A stretch of DNA of 64,000 bases, taken from assembly GCA_964658305.1 (NCBI GenBank), contig OZ210885.1:11470001-11534000 (forward strand), in the 5' to 3' direction. Shown one piece after another: positions 13,136 through 26,963 of the stretch (its first letter is position 1; every line of letters starts with the position of its first letter). A program made the position numbers and the translations under genes. The stretch comes from Leptogorgia sarmentosa. Its lineage: Eukaryota. Under the pieces are notes generated by a model. That model saw only the letters and a program-made list of their open reading frames with translations. It was not told where the DNA came from and ran no database searches.

Positions 13136-15195
13136 GATCTTGTAAGATCCTACAAAGATCCTACAGGATTGACTCAAGATCCTAAAGGTTTCTGGTAGGA
13201 TCCTACATGGGAATTTGTCACAATCCTAAAGGTTTCCATAGCGGATCTTGGCAGATCTCTGAAATTTCCCAGGAATATAATGCACATATGAGCAACAAAA
13301 TGGCAAAACGTGGCTGTTGTCTATTGATTTTCTATTATTAATGAACTTTAATAAACATGACATATTTAAATCATTATATTATCCTAAAAGATATTCATTA
13401 AAAAAAGTTAGATATATGTTCAGTGCCGAAGCTAGCCCGACATTTGGTCATGCAAATTTAAATCATTATGTTATTCATTTCTTTAGAAATTGATTCCTTA
13501 TACGGTCTAATAAACACAGAAAAATTTGCATGACCAAATGTCGGACTGGCTTCGGCCACTGTATATATTTAGTCTGTAACTTTGTCCAATTTGGAACTGT
13601 CTTTCTGTTTCCAAGCCTTGAGCTTTTCCAAACATTTTTGGCATTCAGGCTTTTCCAAATTTCATGCTACCATTTCTTCTCCAACGCCCCGTTCTCCAGA
13701 TTTAATCACTATGCATTCTGTCAATGCAGAGTAAATAAATATATTAGTTTTCATAGACAAATCTTAGTCTCCACTTTATGTTTTTTATTTTAAGTTCCCA
13801 AAGACTTGTGTACCCCATGTACATAGTACAGACCACAGAAATAAAATTAAAATATATATTTCCACAACAGATATGTTTTATACTTACACGCTTTTAAAGA
13901 ATTGTAATATTTTAAGATCATAACACTTGCAGTATAAATGTTTGGTCCTAAATTACAATGGATCAGGCTGCCAATACAGCACAAGTGCTGAGATAATATA
14001 TTCGTATTAATAGTATACCAATTTATTCATATTATACGTCCAACGATTTACGACATAAGCAACTTATCACAGTCTAAGCGAGTATAAAGGCACCAATTTC
14101 AAGTCACTCATTAAAATTATATTTTCTCAAATGCCCAAGCAGAGCCATGCTTTTATTATTAGTATAATATATGTTCAAACAATAGGCATCTGAGAATCTG
14201 TATATACAGTTGGCTATTAATCAATGTTAAAGCCCAACTTGTCTAGATACGTCTGAGTTAAACGAAAGAACTTAATGAATATACACAAGTAATGTCTCAA
14301 TACATCGTTTCAGCTGGGATAGTGACGCGCCAAATTCAAATTTCAATCGGGCGCACATGCTTGAAAATTCATGAACAGAACATACGAAATATTTTATTAT
14401 TTATTACATTATTTATACATAAAGCATAAACATATTCTCACCTTAGTATTGCGCGTTCATCACTGATGTAATCCATCTGAAAAATACTCCTTAGTTTCAT
14501 TAAAAAATGTTTTCTTTGATGTAAACCATTCAACATATGAATTTGAAAAATATGGCTGCGATAAAATGCGAGGTGTGGTGACGCTATCCCGGGAAGCTTT
14601 GCGCATCGCAACACAGTAACATGACACCAGCCTACGAGCATTGCGCAACGTAAAGATACAATTATGAAATTCATAACAAACCTAATATAATACAATATTT
14701 CGAATGTTGTGTACGTTTTAAGACCTTTAGAAAATTATGAGGCCTTCCATAATAGTCATACCACCACCGAATCGTGTTTTATATTATTTTGCGCGACTTA
14801 AAATGTAAACATTATTCAGTATCCAGGCATGCGCAGTAATATGGTAGTACATAGGCATGTACTTGATAATGACTGTTGTAACGTACATAAATACAGGCCA
14901 GTATGTATTAAGCTTGTGACTGGGGAAAGATAAAGGTGCCATCTATACGTGTGCTAGCGCACGTGATAAGTTTGGGTCTTGGTGCGCGTCCTCCCATGCA
15001 CCCAGTCAAAGTCCATCGACTATTACTGGAGTCCCTGTGGCATGGTTAGGGAGGCTGGCGTCATAACTGCGTTGAGGTTACTCCGTGGGATGGACGTCAA
15101 CTATGGGCGGATTTTTATTATAAAAAAGATTATTCGACTCACATAGGATTATAGGAATAGCATCTTCATTATTTTCAGGATGTTGAGTTTATTTG

Positions 15196-15541
15196 ATAGG
15201 ATCCTACTCAAGATCCTGTTACTTTTGCCAGGATCCTGAGGTTTCCTGATAGGATCCTGCTCAAGATCCTGTTACTTTTGCCAGGATCCTGAGGTTTCCT
15301 GATAGGATCCTGCTCAAGATCCTGTTACTTTTGCCAGGATCCTGAGGTTTCCTGATAGGATCCTGCTCAAGATCCTGTTACTTTTGCCAGGATCCTGAGG
15401 TTTCCTGATAGGATCCTGCTCAAGATCCTGTTACTTTTGCCAGGATCCTGAGGTTTCCTGATAGGATCCTGCTCAAGATCCTGTTACTTTTGCCAGGATC
15501 CTGAGGTTTCCTGATAGGATCCTGCTCAGGATCCTGTTACT
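15196..15541. repeat. 53-bp tandem repeat, about 6.5 copies
   Basis: Unit GATCCTGTTACTTTTGCCAGGATCCTGAGGTTTCCTGATAGGATCCTGCTCAA. Confidence 0.93.
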
Positions 15542-18500
15542 TCGTTTCTAGAATTGTTCCTGCTATATAGGGGATCATGCTTGGGATGCCTATCTCCCAG
15601 AAACATAATATTAATTACTCACACAGACAGGTTGATTAATTCCTTAAATGACCATGTTATTGTGGGAATTACGGTCGTATGTCAGTGCAAGTTGAATTCA
15701 TTATTACCCATAATAATCTCTCAGAAAACATTCCTTATAATTAGAATTCATTCAATTTTAGTTTCCTCATATAGCAATATCCTAGTTAGGATCTTGTAAA
15801 TTTATAACCCTGTCAATTTTAGGATCCTATGAGAATCCTGGTTAGGATCCTGTTTCAGCTAGGATATGTTCAGGATCCTATTTCAAATCCTGTAATGTTC
15901 AGGATCCTATCAGGATTTCAGTTAGGATCCTGCTCAATTTAGGATCTTAACAGGATCTTAGCAAATCCTACAGGATCCTACAGGATCCTGTAGGATCCTG
16001 CTTAGGATTTCTACCAGGGAATATTAAGACACATTAACTCCCCTCAAAAATTTTCACATTGAGTGAAGTTCTATAAAACCATATTGATTTACATACTGAT
16101 GATATATTTCACTGCAAATTTCAAGTGTCACAATTGAATTTAGAGTGTTTTTACCTCAGATTTAGATCAGATCTACATATTTCATTTGTGTTTTGAAATC
16201 ATAAGGCTAATAAGGGATTGGATTAGATTTGACTACATCAATCTGAATTGAGTTACAACTCATTCTGGATTGAGTCAATTTTGATTTTGATTTCAATCTG
16301 GATGGATTGAATTGCTGATTGAAAATAATGCATTGAATATTGCAGAAAGAATATGAGTGGGCCTGAAACTGCAAAACAAATCATGCATGTTTTTTGCCCG
16401 CATGTTTTCATTCCTTAAATTCCAGTTTGCATGTACATAAACTGTCAAACTAGACATGAGTTTCTTTCTGCCACTTACTGGAAAAATCCCCCTGCCTCTC
16501 GCACATTTTACTTTAATTTTCATTGTCAGATATGTTAGCTTATATATGATAAGTTTATAAACTGTTTGAATCTATAAAACCTGACTGTAAGGAATTGTAA
16601 CCATGAGATTCCAGACCAGCATTCTGACCGACCGAGCTATAGAAGTCACTTGTCGAGTAATAACTTTAAGTTCATGTAGATTTATCTTGTATTTGTGCAG
16701 ATGGTTGGTTGTTATTGCTCAGTTGTTATATAATACTGTCCAAACAAAATCAAACTGCCACAGATACTGCCAAAGAACATTAAGTGTTTTAGTTCCCATC
16801 CCTGGTCATGATCAGGTCTTAAACATGGTAGCTACAGTATATATAATCCTCACATTGATTACCCCATTTATTATATATTCCTGTACTTTGCCGATAGCTT
16901 AGAGTATAGATGGGGGGTGGGGGAGAACAAGGGGAGGGGGCACTGATTTTTTAGTTTGGGTCATGTTATAATAAAGTAGACCACAACATTTAGTTGTCTA
17001 TGAAACATCAATGGAATTGTTGATTTCTTGTCAAAATTAACACTGGCTCTGCCCCATTTTCTTATCTCCTTATAGAAATGTGATTGGTTCATCTGTTGAC
17101 ATCATCCAACAACAATACATAGTGTGAAAAACTTGATTTTCAACCTGAATCAAGGCTGCCAAATTAGAACATTTAGTTTCCTGAAATTATAAAATAAATT
17201 AAGGTAAGTTAATTGTCCAGTAACAAACTTCAGAATGTGGTCAGTATTACCAGCAGATAACAGAATCGACAAGCATGAGGTGCTCTTTGATCGAGAATCA
17301 GATTTGATAGTTAAGGAAAAGTGCACATATTATTTTTATGAGGGTGAACATATTAACATCTTTGTTGTCAATGGTTTTCCAATATGGTTTAGTCCCCTAC
17401 ATATAGACTACTTAATGCAATTGTATACAATTGTATATACCATGTGTCTCTCATCTCCCACAATATTTCCTGACAAAGGGCCCAGTTGGTCAAAATGTCA
17501 AACCTTGTGGTATATCATTTAATATGTAGATATAGTGGGGAATAAATTAGCTGGTTGTCGATAAGTTATTACATTATACATGTTCAGTCATCGCACTCAG
17601 ACATTAGTTAACCCAATTTCAAGATAATGTTAAAATTAGGATTTCATTTTTTGTGGGTAGTTTCTCTCCTTTTGTATCTTTATCTCCTTTTGTATCTGTA
17701 TTTCTAAATCTTCATGATTTCGCTGGATCTTCCCATTCTGTTGCCACAATTACCCATGATCCAAGATCTTGCCATGCTCTTGCCAAGATTGTATTATCAT
17801 TCAATCATGATCTTGTAAGTTCCTGGCATAACACATGTTAAAGGCCTCGACAAAATTTTCCCGGAATGTTGCAAGATTCATCGAAGATTTATCTTCATAA
17901 CGTCTGGCCATGTGTAATCAGCAGAAGATTGGACGTTTTGAGCGAAGGCCCTTCGTTGGGAGTTACGGTACTTAATTACAAATTGCCGCCGGAAGGGGGG
18001 CCTTTACTCGAAATGTCAAATGTGTCGTTTAAGTAGAACCTTTCTTTGCTGTCTATTGATGTTGTTATCAGCTTTTCTTTGACGTTCGAGATCTTGTCAT
18101 AATCTTTCTGGATCATCACATGTTGTTGTTGGCAAAAACAAGCATGGGAAAAGTGGTCTGATGTTTAAAATGTATATACAGATGTATACGGATGTATATA
18201 TGGTGAATGTATTTCTATCGTATGCCTTTTGGTGATGAATAGTGGCAGTGCTTGTATTTAATTCTGAATGTGTGTAGTTGCTTGTCCACCACGAAACGAA
18301 AGGCAAAAACCATATTTATTTGCGTTTGTAGGGAGTTCAATTCAAATTTGTCATTTGAGGTCAACGTTAAATTCAACTTTTCTGATGGTAGGATCGTATT
18401 AACGTAGAAAGGTATGTAAGAAAAAACATTGACAGATAGATTATAGAATCCTTTATTTTAAGCATTTGAATAAGGCCCTTAATGGAGCAAAACGAGCATT

Positions 18501-19397
18501 ACTATTGATTACACCGATATTCTTCTGTCTCGCGTATCCCGGGAGTCTGCAAGTATTCTACTGTGCACTTGAGGCCATCCTTATTGTACACTAAATCTTG
18601 TTTCACTGCTACAATATTTAAATAATTGCTACTATCACTGTTGTGCGAAGACTCTTGATTGACAAATTTGTACCATATCCAACAAGAAATTTTTTGCCAA
18701 AAATACACATCCTAAAAGATCAAAGTAATGAAACTTTTTTTTTGACTTCATGATATATTTCTGATTTCTCTAGGAACAATCTTTACTCCGGTCGCCTCTT
18801 GTGGAAATCAACCTAAGTTTTTGGTAAGTGTGTTAGTATATAATTTTTCAACGACATATCGATCTATCTAGTACCTCTGCAAAACGGACATTGTTGGTAT
18901 TTTAGTTTTTGATGTGTTGGCGTAACCTATAGCAAAAATATGTAATGTTGGTTGACCTCATTCATCGTCCGTAATTCATCAACTATTTTAAATCCTCGCT
19001 TCGACATCCCCAGACACGGTTGATCCTACGAGATCATGTCGAGATTCCTTCATGATTCAGTCGTGATTTGTAAGCGGACAACTTTAGTGTAAAAAAGAGT
19101 AACTTAAGTGTAAAAAAGAGTAAGCGGACAACTTTATTCGAACGCTTGAACTGCTGTGGTTGGAGAAGACAGCCCCAATTATTGGCCAAAATCCACCTGT
19201 GTGCAAGCGTTGCTTAACTCATTCACGAGATCCGAAGCAATTCACAACACTATACAAATTTCACAACATTAAATTTCTAATATTTTTTCATTTTCGGACC
19301 ATTTATATCATTTTTCGCCGCTTCTCTTCAAATTCTTTACCATGCGATGCTTACGTGCCTTAGATTTACTGTAAGAGTGTAATTATTACGCGAACCA

Positions 19398-19490
19398 CTG
19401 AGTATTTTCATGAAATACACTACAACGGTAACTCCGAATAACGTATAAGCATTTTGATTCAACGTTTCGACTTCATTTAGTCATCTTCAG
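19398..19490 (-). mobile_element. Inverted solo copy of the Penelope 3' end with hammerhead-like core
   Basis: Reverse complement reads CTGAAGATGACTAAATGAAGTCGAAACGTTGAATCAAAATGCTTA...AATACTCAG, matching 24396-24486. Confidence 0.8.
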
Positions 19491-20042
19491 GATTAGGATG
19501 TGATTTTTATCTAAGTTTGTTGGCCAATGTTTTAGGGAATCCGTTGTGACGCGAAATTCCTGACTTGCTAAATACATGATTATCGCAGTTCTGCACATGC
19601 GCAAATGATGTGCGTCATCCACGCTGGCTCATGAATTTCGCAACTGCTGAAGCTACAACAACACGTTTTACTTTGAAAGAGATTTTTAAGTGATTTTCCT
19701 ACAAAAATTCTTTACGAATGGCTCCAAATTCAAGTACGGCATCTGTTGCTGACTGTGCTAGTGTTGAAGTAGCGAAGCCCCAATCGAAAGTCTGTTTCGC
19801 GAACAGCCCACGGCCTATATTAAACTCATTGAGTCGTTTCTATCTAATTTAACTAGTTGGTGGTGCGTATATTGTGCGTATGTTGAAATATCTTCATATT
19901 ATTGTTGTATGAATGATTCAATGTCATTGATATTGTACATTTGTAGTTCAAATAATTTACTGAACAGTCAAAACTGATTTAAAAATATTTAAACTTTTCC
20001 TTATAAAACCGCAGCTTAAAACTAGGGCATAGCGATCTACCT

Positions 20043-22392
20043 CACTGTTATTTTCAAGGTGTTATTTTAACACCAAAAAGAGGGGTTACGGCATTTAGTC
20101 TAAAATAATCCTTTTTTAGGGGTTACAAATAACTCCAATTAGGGTGTTAAAATTTAACCCCAGTTTTGGAGTTAAAATAACACCGATTTAGGTGTTAAAA
20201 TATAACACCTTTTGAGGAGTTAAATAAATCTAACTCCGTTTCAGGGGGTTAAAAATTCATTCGCCGAATTTCAAAAACTCACCTTCCCAAATGGTCCATT
20301 TATATCTTAATTACCTTTAGCTATGTTATCGTCTTTGAAAAAACATTATTTTCCGCCATAATAAATAATTTAAAATATTGGAGTGCCAGTTGCATAGCAA
20401 CTGCGAAAGAATTAAATATAGCCGAAATATACAACTTACTACAGAATCATAACAGAAATAAAGTCAATGAGTCGCATGCATATTGTTTAAGTATGTGCAG
20501 TACCAGCTTTGTTGATAGGCTTAAAAAGCATCACAAGAATGTGCATGGCAAGGACAAGAAGTTTTGGTCAGTTCATTCTAAACCACATGTTGTGTAATTC
20601 AAGATTCACCCATACTAAAATTGTAAAGACATTTGATTACTTTGCATCAACATATTGCTGTACTTCTAACTTTTTAGTGCCAAAAAGTTTACCCCATGCA
20701 TAATGTAAGATATTTAACTGTAAAGAAGTTGCTGAAGGTTTAGAATTTACAAGAACACTCATACATATATAAAAAATAAAATGCAAACTTGTATGTTTTG
20801 TTTACCTTATACATCAAAAAATATACACATTACCATGTTTAAATGTGTGAAAGTATTTTGAAACTAAACTAAATGAGGAGTGTCTAAACTCTAAAAAAGC
20901 AAATCATTGTTCAAAACAGTACATGTTCAAATTTGAATTTCATAGGAGTAAGCTAAAGAAATGCTTTTGCGGATTTTTAGACTCCCAGAACCTATGATAA
21001 ACACATATCTGTTACTGCAAGGGGTCAGAAACTCAGAGATTGTTTGTACAAGTTAGATATCTAAAATTTAATATAAACTGTCATTAAAATGTAATCCATT
21101 CATGGCAAGGGGAAACAGTGTTACCAGTATGCTGTCTTGTATAAGTATAAGGCAGGGCTGGTTTGTTTCTTTATGTCTTCATCAAGGGTTCAGCAACACT
21201 CTAAGATGAAAGGAAATTCAAGTATTTAAAAAAATAGGCATTTTCCATATTGAGGTGGATTTCACACATGATGTCCTACATGGGCACATATTTAGGGTCT
21301 TATCATGAGTATGTAGCTGGCATCGATTTTATTGATGTCAACACAAAAATAATGTGTTTATTACATTACAAAAGGAATAGAAGTGTTTTTGAACAAAATG
21401 ACAATTTAATATCAAACTTAGACACAGCTGTTTTTGAAATTCTTCCATGTCATATACCGGTATTGATAAATGCGAAGTGAGATGTTGAATATGATTTCAA
21501 AATTTCTGGTAGCAGTTGCAGGTCTTTGCCTGAACACCTTAGGCCAAAATATAGAGCCATGTAGGCTATATAAATATGCTCAAGCATGAAATAATCACAG
21601 TTCAAATTTGGCCTGTCAGTGTCTTGTGTTAGAAGACATTGGTTGTCATTATTTTACAAACTCTCCACAAATACATGGCAAACTAATGAACTATAAACAA
21701 ATTATTGATTTACCTGTGACTCATTCAACCAGAAGTCAACTATGCATGTCCTTTATAGTTTATACTGGCACTGTATACTGCATAGTACATTGCGTCATTG
21801 CCATACTATTATCACATGGAAAAACCAGTTTCTTTGGGAAACCCTGAGCAGAAATAGTGTGTAAATACAAAAGAATACATAGCAGTATAAATATGGCTAA
21901 ATCATAAACACAGTCTGCTAAAATTCACCTGAATTTTGCGGCTCATATTTGTCGTTGAATGTTCACATATAATGCTATAATTTTGGATGTAAATAAACGC
22001 TTTATTACTGCATAAATTCGTATAAAATTTGAGCATTGAGAATGGATAACACTTACCCAACATAAGATCGTGTAGATACGACACAATTGGCACAATTTCT
22101 CCTTTTTTCCGTCGAAATTTCATCAAAAATCGCATCCAAAATAGCGTTAATTTAAAAAATTTAAAAATGCCGCTCCTTAAAAATAATCCCTTAAATGGAG
22201 TTAGATTCACTAATCCCCCTTACGTGGTGTTATTTTTGAATACTGATTAGCCGGCGAATGCCTGTAACCCCTCAAAGGGTATTATTTTAACTCCAGTTAT
22301 GGAGTTAAAAGAGCTGAAATTTGTAACCCCTCTATTACTCCTCTAGAATCCCTTCAAAGTGGTGTTAAAATAACACCTTGAAAATAACAGTG
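20043..22392. mobile_element. Non-autonomous CACTA/EnSpm-like element
   Basis: Perfect TIR CACTGTTATTTTCAAGGTGTTATTTTAACACCA, 2-bp duplication CT, and subterminal GTTA/TAAC repeats. Confidence 0.85.
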
Positions 22393-22735
22393 CTTATACA
22401 GTGGTATCCGAAGATACCTACATAGGTAGGCCTAAAACGCGTTATACTAGTATAATAATCAACTTTTTTTTGCAAATATATTCTATATGCAAAATATATT
22501 TCTATTTATTTATTATTCATTTCCCGTGAAGTCGCAGATTGTTTACTGATTATACTCTATATAAAGTATAATCGATAAAAAACACATATATTCCCGATTG
22601 TTTTGTAATGTGAGAAATATAAAATTGATTCTAGCTTCGGTGTTCGATACAATACATTATTAGAGCATTAAGCACGATATAAACCGAGATGTGAGCCAAG
22701 AAAAGTGGTTTTGATTGAGGGTCCTACTAAACACC

Positions 22736-22821
22736 GTCCGCGAACGTCCGCGAACGTCCGGGAACGTCCGCCAACGTCCGCCAACGTCCGCCAACGTCCG
22801 CCAACGTCCGCGAACGTCCGC
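22736..22821. repeat. 10-bp tandem repeat
   Basis: GTCCGCCAAC/GTCCGCGAAC, about 8 copies. Confidence 0.9.
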
Positions 22822-22854
22822 TAAAAAATCTGTAATATCAGAGATAATCTAATT

Positions 22855-23395
22855 GGCGCGGCATGCGAGTAGCGACTCAAAGGCGCGAGGCGCGACTAAA
22901 TTAGCGCGACTCGTGGAAAATGGCGCGACTCGTTAAAAAAGGCGCGACTTGCAAAAAAGGTTAATTAAACCGGATAAGTTCTGTATTTTGTATTGTATTT
23001 AAAACTTCTTTTCCACTACACTATGTCACACTATATTAACAAGACTACTGACTATATTACACTATTTATTTACAAGAAGAAACTATTACTATATACCAAT
23101 TTCACTATTTACAAAAGGAAAAAAACTAGATCAATAACAGCACACACGATTAATAACTTTAACCAATTTTACCGAGTTCGTACAGATTTTATTCGTTTAC
23201 GTTGTCCCGGTTTTCTTGCAACTTTCTGTGTTGTGGGGATTTCCAATCTTCCTCCATCCGTCGACTTAATTTTCTTTTCTTTCTTCGGGACGCCTTTTAA
23301 AAATTTCTGGAAAAGTTTGTCTTTCTCTTCTTCCGACTTAGCTGCCCAGTTGGTTTGGCTGACCTTGCACGCTGCCATCCATGGAGCAATCTGAG
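22855..23395 (-). mobile_element. Probable 3' end fragment of a DNA transposon (MULE-like)
   Basis: Basic C-terminal peptide STDGGRLEIPTTQKVARKPGQRKRIKSVRTR* followed by GCGCGACT subterminal repeats. The family call is from recollection only. Confidence 0.4.
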
Positions 23396-23619
23396 GTTTT
23401 CATAGAGTCAGGTATTTCGCAAGCGTCATGTATTTCCCGCCTACGTACGCGAAATACATGAGCCGTCACGCTTGGTCAGGAATTTCGCTTGACACCGTTC
23501 CAAGACATAAATTTGCGAATTTTCTTTATCTACCAACATACCACTTCACAGCGAAAACACCATACGACCACACTTTACGGCGAAAACACCATAAAACTGA
23601 TCCTTGATGATTGTACCAA

Positions 23620-24487
23620 ATGGGTTCGCCTTTAAGTCCAACTTTAGCTAACATCATCATGATGGCATTAGAAGACGAAATACTAAAAGACCTTTTCGAA
23701 AACGATACTATAAAATTCTATATAAGATATGTTGATGACACACAGGTTTTGGCCAAACCGTCTGATATTAACTTGATTTTAAATAAACTGAACAGCTACC
23801 ATCCGGATATATAGTTCACGCATGAAGAGTTCGTCGATAACGAGGTAAATTTTTTGGATATCGAATTAACATCTAACGGCACTTCGATTTTTCGTAAGAG
23901 CACACACACAGGCCAGTATATCCATTAATCTAGTTTTACTCCGTGGTCGTACAAAATTGCATGGATTAGGTCACTTGTGCATAGTACTTGCACTGTTTCG
24001 TGCAAAGATAAAACACCTAAGGAGTTTCAAAGTTCGGTGGTTTATAAATTTTCATGTCCTGGGTGCGGCAAAACATACATAGGAAAGACAGACAGATGCC
24101 TCTATACAAGACTGAACGAACATGCAATCACAGACAAAAACTCAGAGATTGATAAAAACATTAACACTTGCGAACAATTTAACTATCTGAACCTACTGAA
24201 CAACTGCAACATCATAGGCAGGGCTAAGCATTGGTCAAATCGCTTGTTCAAAGAAAAAAATCATTCATCGACAAAAACCGGAACTGAATCATGGGACTAA
24301 AGCATCTAGAGAACTATCGGTTTTCTTCTGATTAGATATCAAATTACGTAGAATATATATAACGCGTGCACATGAAATATAACCATTCCTGAATGCTGAT
24401 GATGACTAAATAAAGTCGAAACGTTGAATCAAAATGCTTACGTTATTCGGAGTTACCGTTGTTGTGTATTTCATGAAAATACTCAGA
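23620..24487 (+). mobile_element. Truncated, internally deleted Penelope-like retroelement (RT plus GIY-YIG)
   Basis: MGSPLSPTLANIIM and YIRYVDD (RT); VVYKFSCPGCGKTYIGKTDRCLYTRLNEH (GIY-YIG); stops and frameshifts present. Confidence 0.88.
24396..24425 (+). ncRNA. Minimal hammerhead-ribozyme-like core at the Penelope 3' end
   Basis: CTGATGA-T-GACT-aaataa-AGTC-GAAAC, matching the CUGANGA / stem II / GAAA pattern. Confidence 0.6.
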
Positions 24488-24729
24488 CTGAGTGTTTCCC
24501 GTAATTATAAGTAGGCTATGTATATGCATATTTCAGGATGGACAGGATATGTAAAAAGAACAATGTTTTACTAAGTCTGAGCATAGACGATTGTCTATGA
24601 TCTAAGTGACTTTTAAGCGCTTATTACATTAATATGGCACGGCTTGAATGACACAATTAACGACAGAGATATATTTAATCGTTGTCAGTTTACAACTGTC
24701 CATAATATGCTCGAAATACGGAACACACT

Positions 24730-25325
24730 ATGGCCAGAAATGCACGACAGTCAGCTACTTAGCATGCGCAAAGCCTGACACGTATTTATTCAAAATGGCG
24801 TTTATTACTAGTAGATTATACCAGTAAAACGCATTTTCCACAAATAGCATTAATATTGTGAGCATAAACCTATTTGCCAACATCTAGAAATGATTAAAAC
24901 AACCCAACGTGAACCTGTACGAAATTATATAATACAAAGGATTCGGAAAGTTGGTTCCGCATAAAATAATTATCGAAGCAACTATGCCTTTATATAAGCT
25001 GTATTAAATCCATAATTTATGCAGTAATACCCGAATTGGTGGCAAAATTACCCTGGTTTTCAATGTTGCCAACATCGTATTTTAAAGTTTGAAAGTTCCG
25101 CTACCAGTTTAAACCATTTGTAATGTTTAAAAGTCCACAGAAAGCGGTTCCTTTTAGCCCCAAACGTGTCCATATTTCTTGCACAAAATGTAGGTCCAAA
25201 GCCTTGTAAACAGGGGATTTGCAATTTAAATTATCCATTGAAAGTCCTTCATCGTATTGCGCATGTTCTGTTGTCAATTAAGCGCCCGTTGTCCTAGCCG
25301 CTGACTGTCGCGCATTTCTGGCCAT
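24730..25325. mobile_element. Probable MITE
   Basis: Inverted ends ATGGCCAGAAATGCACGACAGTCAGC / GCTGACTGTCGCGCATTTCTGGCCAT; no clear TSD. Confidence 0.55.
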
Positions 25326-26963
25326 GTGCGAGGCAACGAATATTTGGAGACAGCGTTGAGTGGTCAATACTTTCCACTCGCCTTACAAATTGAATAAATC
25401 TGGCTTGTCTGATTGTTCAAAACTGGGTTACTCATATAGATTATTTGCGATAGCAAAGTAGGAAGTAAGATGGTATGGTTAGGAAGTGATAGTATGATAG
25501 TCAGTCCGTTGGGCAAAGCTGAGAAATAATAAAAGTAATTCTGAAAACCATAATCTTGTTGCCATGTTCATTCTCCCGGAAAGAGGTATATGGAAGACAG
25601 CGGAGATGCCATTTCCGACCATCAAGAGATTCCAAATTTCTAAAATTTTCTCGCTCAGGCTCAGCGCCCATCCTATAGTGGCGGTGTATGACGTCTCGTG
25701 AACTGCGGTTCCCACCCAAATATAACCATTTTCTAACGCCCTGTTAACGTATCATTTCGCCCGGCGAGAGAGGGGGCCAGTTGTCTGTTGCCCCCCCCCC
25801 CGCCAAATTTTGCAGAGCAACGGGAATGAAAATTGTGTGCCTCTCTCGGTAACGTTAGGGCCGCCCCCTAATATTCCATAAGAAAGGGGCCAGAATACCT
25901 TTTGCTGCCGAATAATTATTTGATTTATCGTTATTGCAGCAAAATGTTTCAATTTATATGAGACCTCGATGATGGCATTTCTGACGATCTAGAGACCTCA
26001 ACTTCTCAAAATGTTCTCGCTTCGCGCCTCGTCAACTTAAACTATCTGTTGTGTTATTTTAGCCCTCTGAGCACACCAGCCTTTCCCCACCACTTCAAAT
26101 TTCGTTCATCCAGGCCTGATCATTTACTCTCAATTTTATTTACTAGCCCACTCGTCGGGGAACATATCCCCTCCACCGGGTAGTTGCTGGCGCCACCCGT
26201 GAGCTTTACCGGTTATTTATAGGGCGGGGGGGGGGGGGGGGGGGAGCGGGAGCTAAAGTGTGGGTCTAAACGATGGGTCCAAATCCACAGTTTGCTCTGA
26301 AAATGGAATTTGAATGCTTGGCATTTGTTCTGCTTAAATCGCAATATTATACCTACTTTTATTTAGTTATTATTTCATAAAACCTGGTGCTTGTAATCCT
26401 ATTTTCCCATCCGGCAGACAAAGGCATTCTGCATTACATATCATCCCGCACAGATTACTATCTTGTAAATCTGATGACCTGCTTTGGACTTTCCCTTTCA
26501 CCCCACGTCTTACCTACAAATTACTGAATAATTACATATAATTGTCAAAGGCAGTGGATACTAGATTATGTCAACAAACAGCAAAAGTTCTAGTAATTAC
26601 CTAAAGGATAAACTAGGATTCGATGTTTTGTGCAACGGCCCTCGGGCATTTTAACACACACTAATTTTTGACTATTGGACTTTGCTTGAAGCATTAATTC
26701 TTATTGCATTTGTTCAGCCAGTGGGCAGAACTTTAGTTGATGTTGTTATTCGGTAGCGGTACCTATATAGCTACTGGCCACATGTTGAAGTTTGTTACCA
26801 GATGATTCCATACAATTATTTTCAAAGAAACTTCTACTTTCACATTTTTGTAAAACACTTAAAATGTCAGAAAGTAATTATGTCTGTACTGTTTACAAAA
26901 GCTTTGTGCTTTGGTAGCTAAAATTGTAACACCATTATTTTATGTTTACTTCATAGAACGATA

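Larger units (their letters stand above)
12659..16019. mobile_element. Non-autonomous TIR element with GGATCC-rich subterminal arrays, CACTA/EnSpm-like
   Basis: Imperfect TIRs CCCTGGTTGAAATC / GATTTCTACCAGGG, 3-bp duplication AAT on both sides, and dense AGGATCCT motifs at both ends. Confidence 0.8.

Noticed and set aside
12886..15541. Regular 43-bp and 53-bp repeats as a CRISPR array
   Set aside because: The units are contiguous with no unique spacers, there are no cas genes, and the context is eukaryotic.
17925..18700. Second Penelope-like relic on the minus strand with a decayed hammerhead-like end
   Set aside because: The core motifs are mutated (CCAACGAAGG...CTCAAAACGTC) and the peptide similarity is too weak to assert.
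26222..26250. Poly-G tract as a promoter G-quadruplex
   Set aside because: A simple homopolymer that is prone to sequencing error, with no supporting context.
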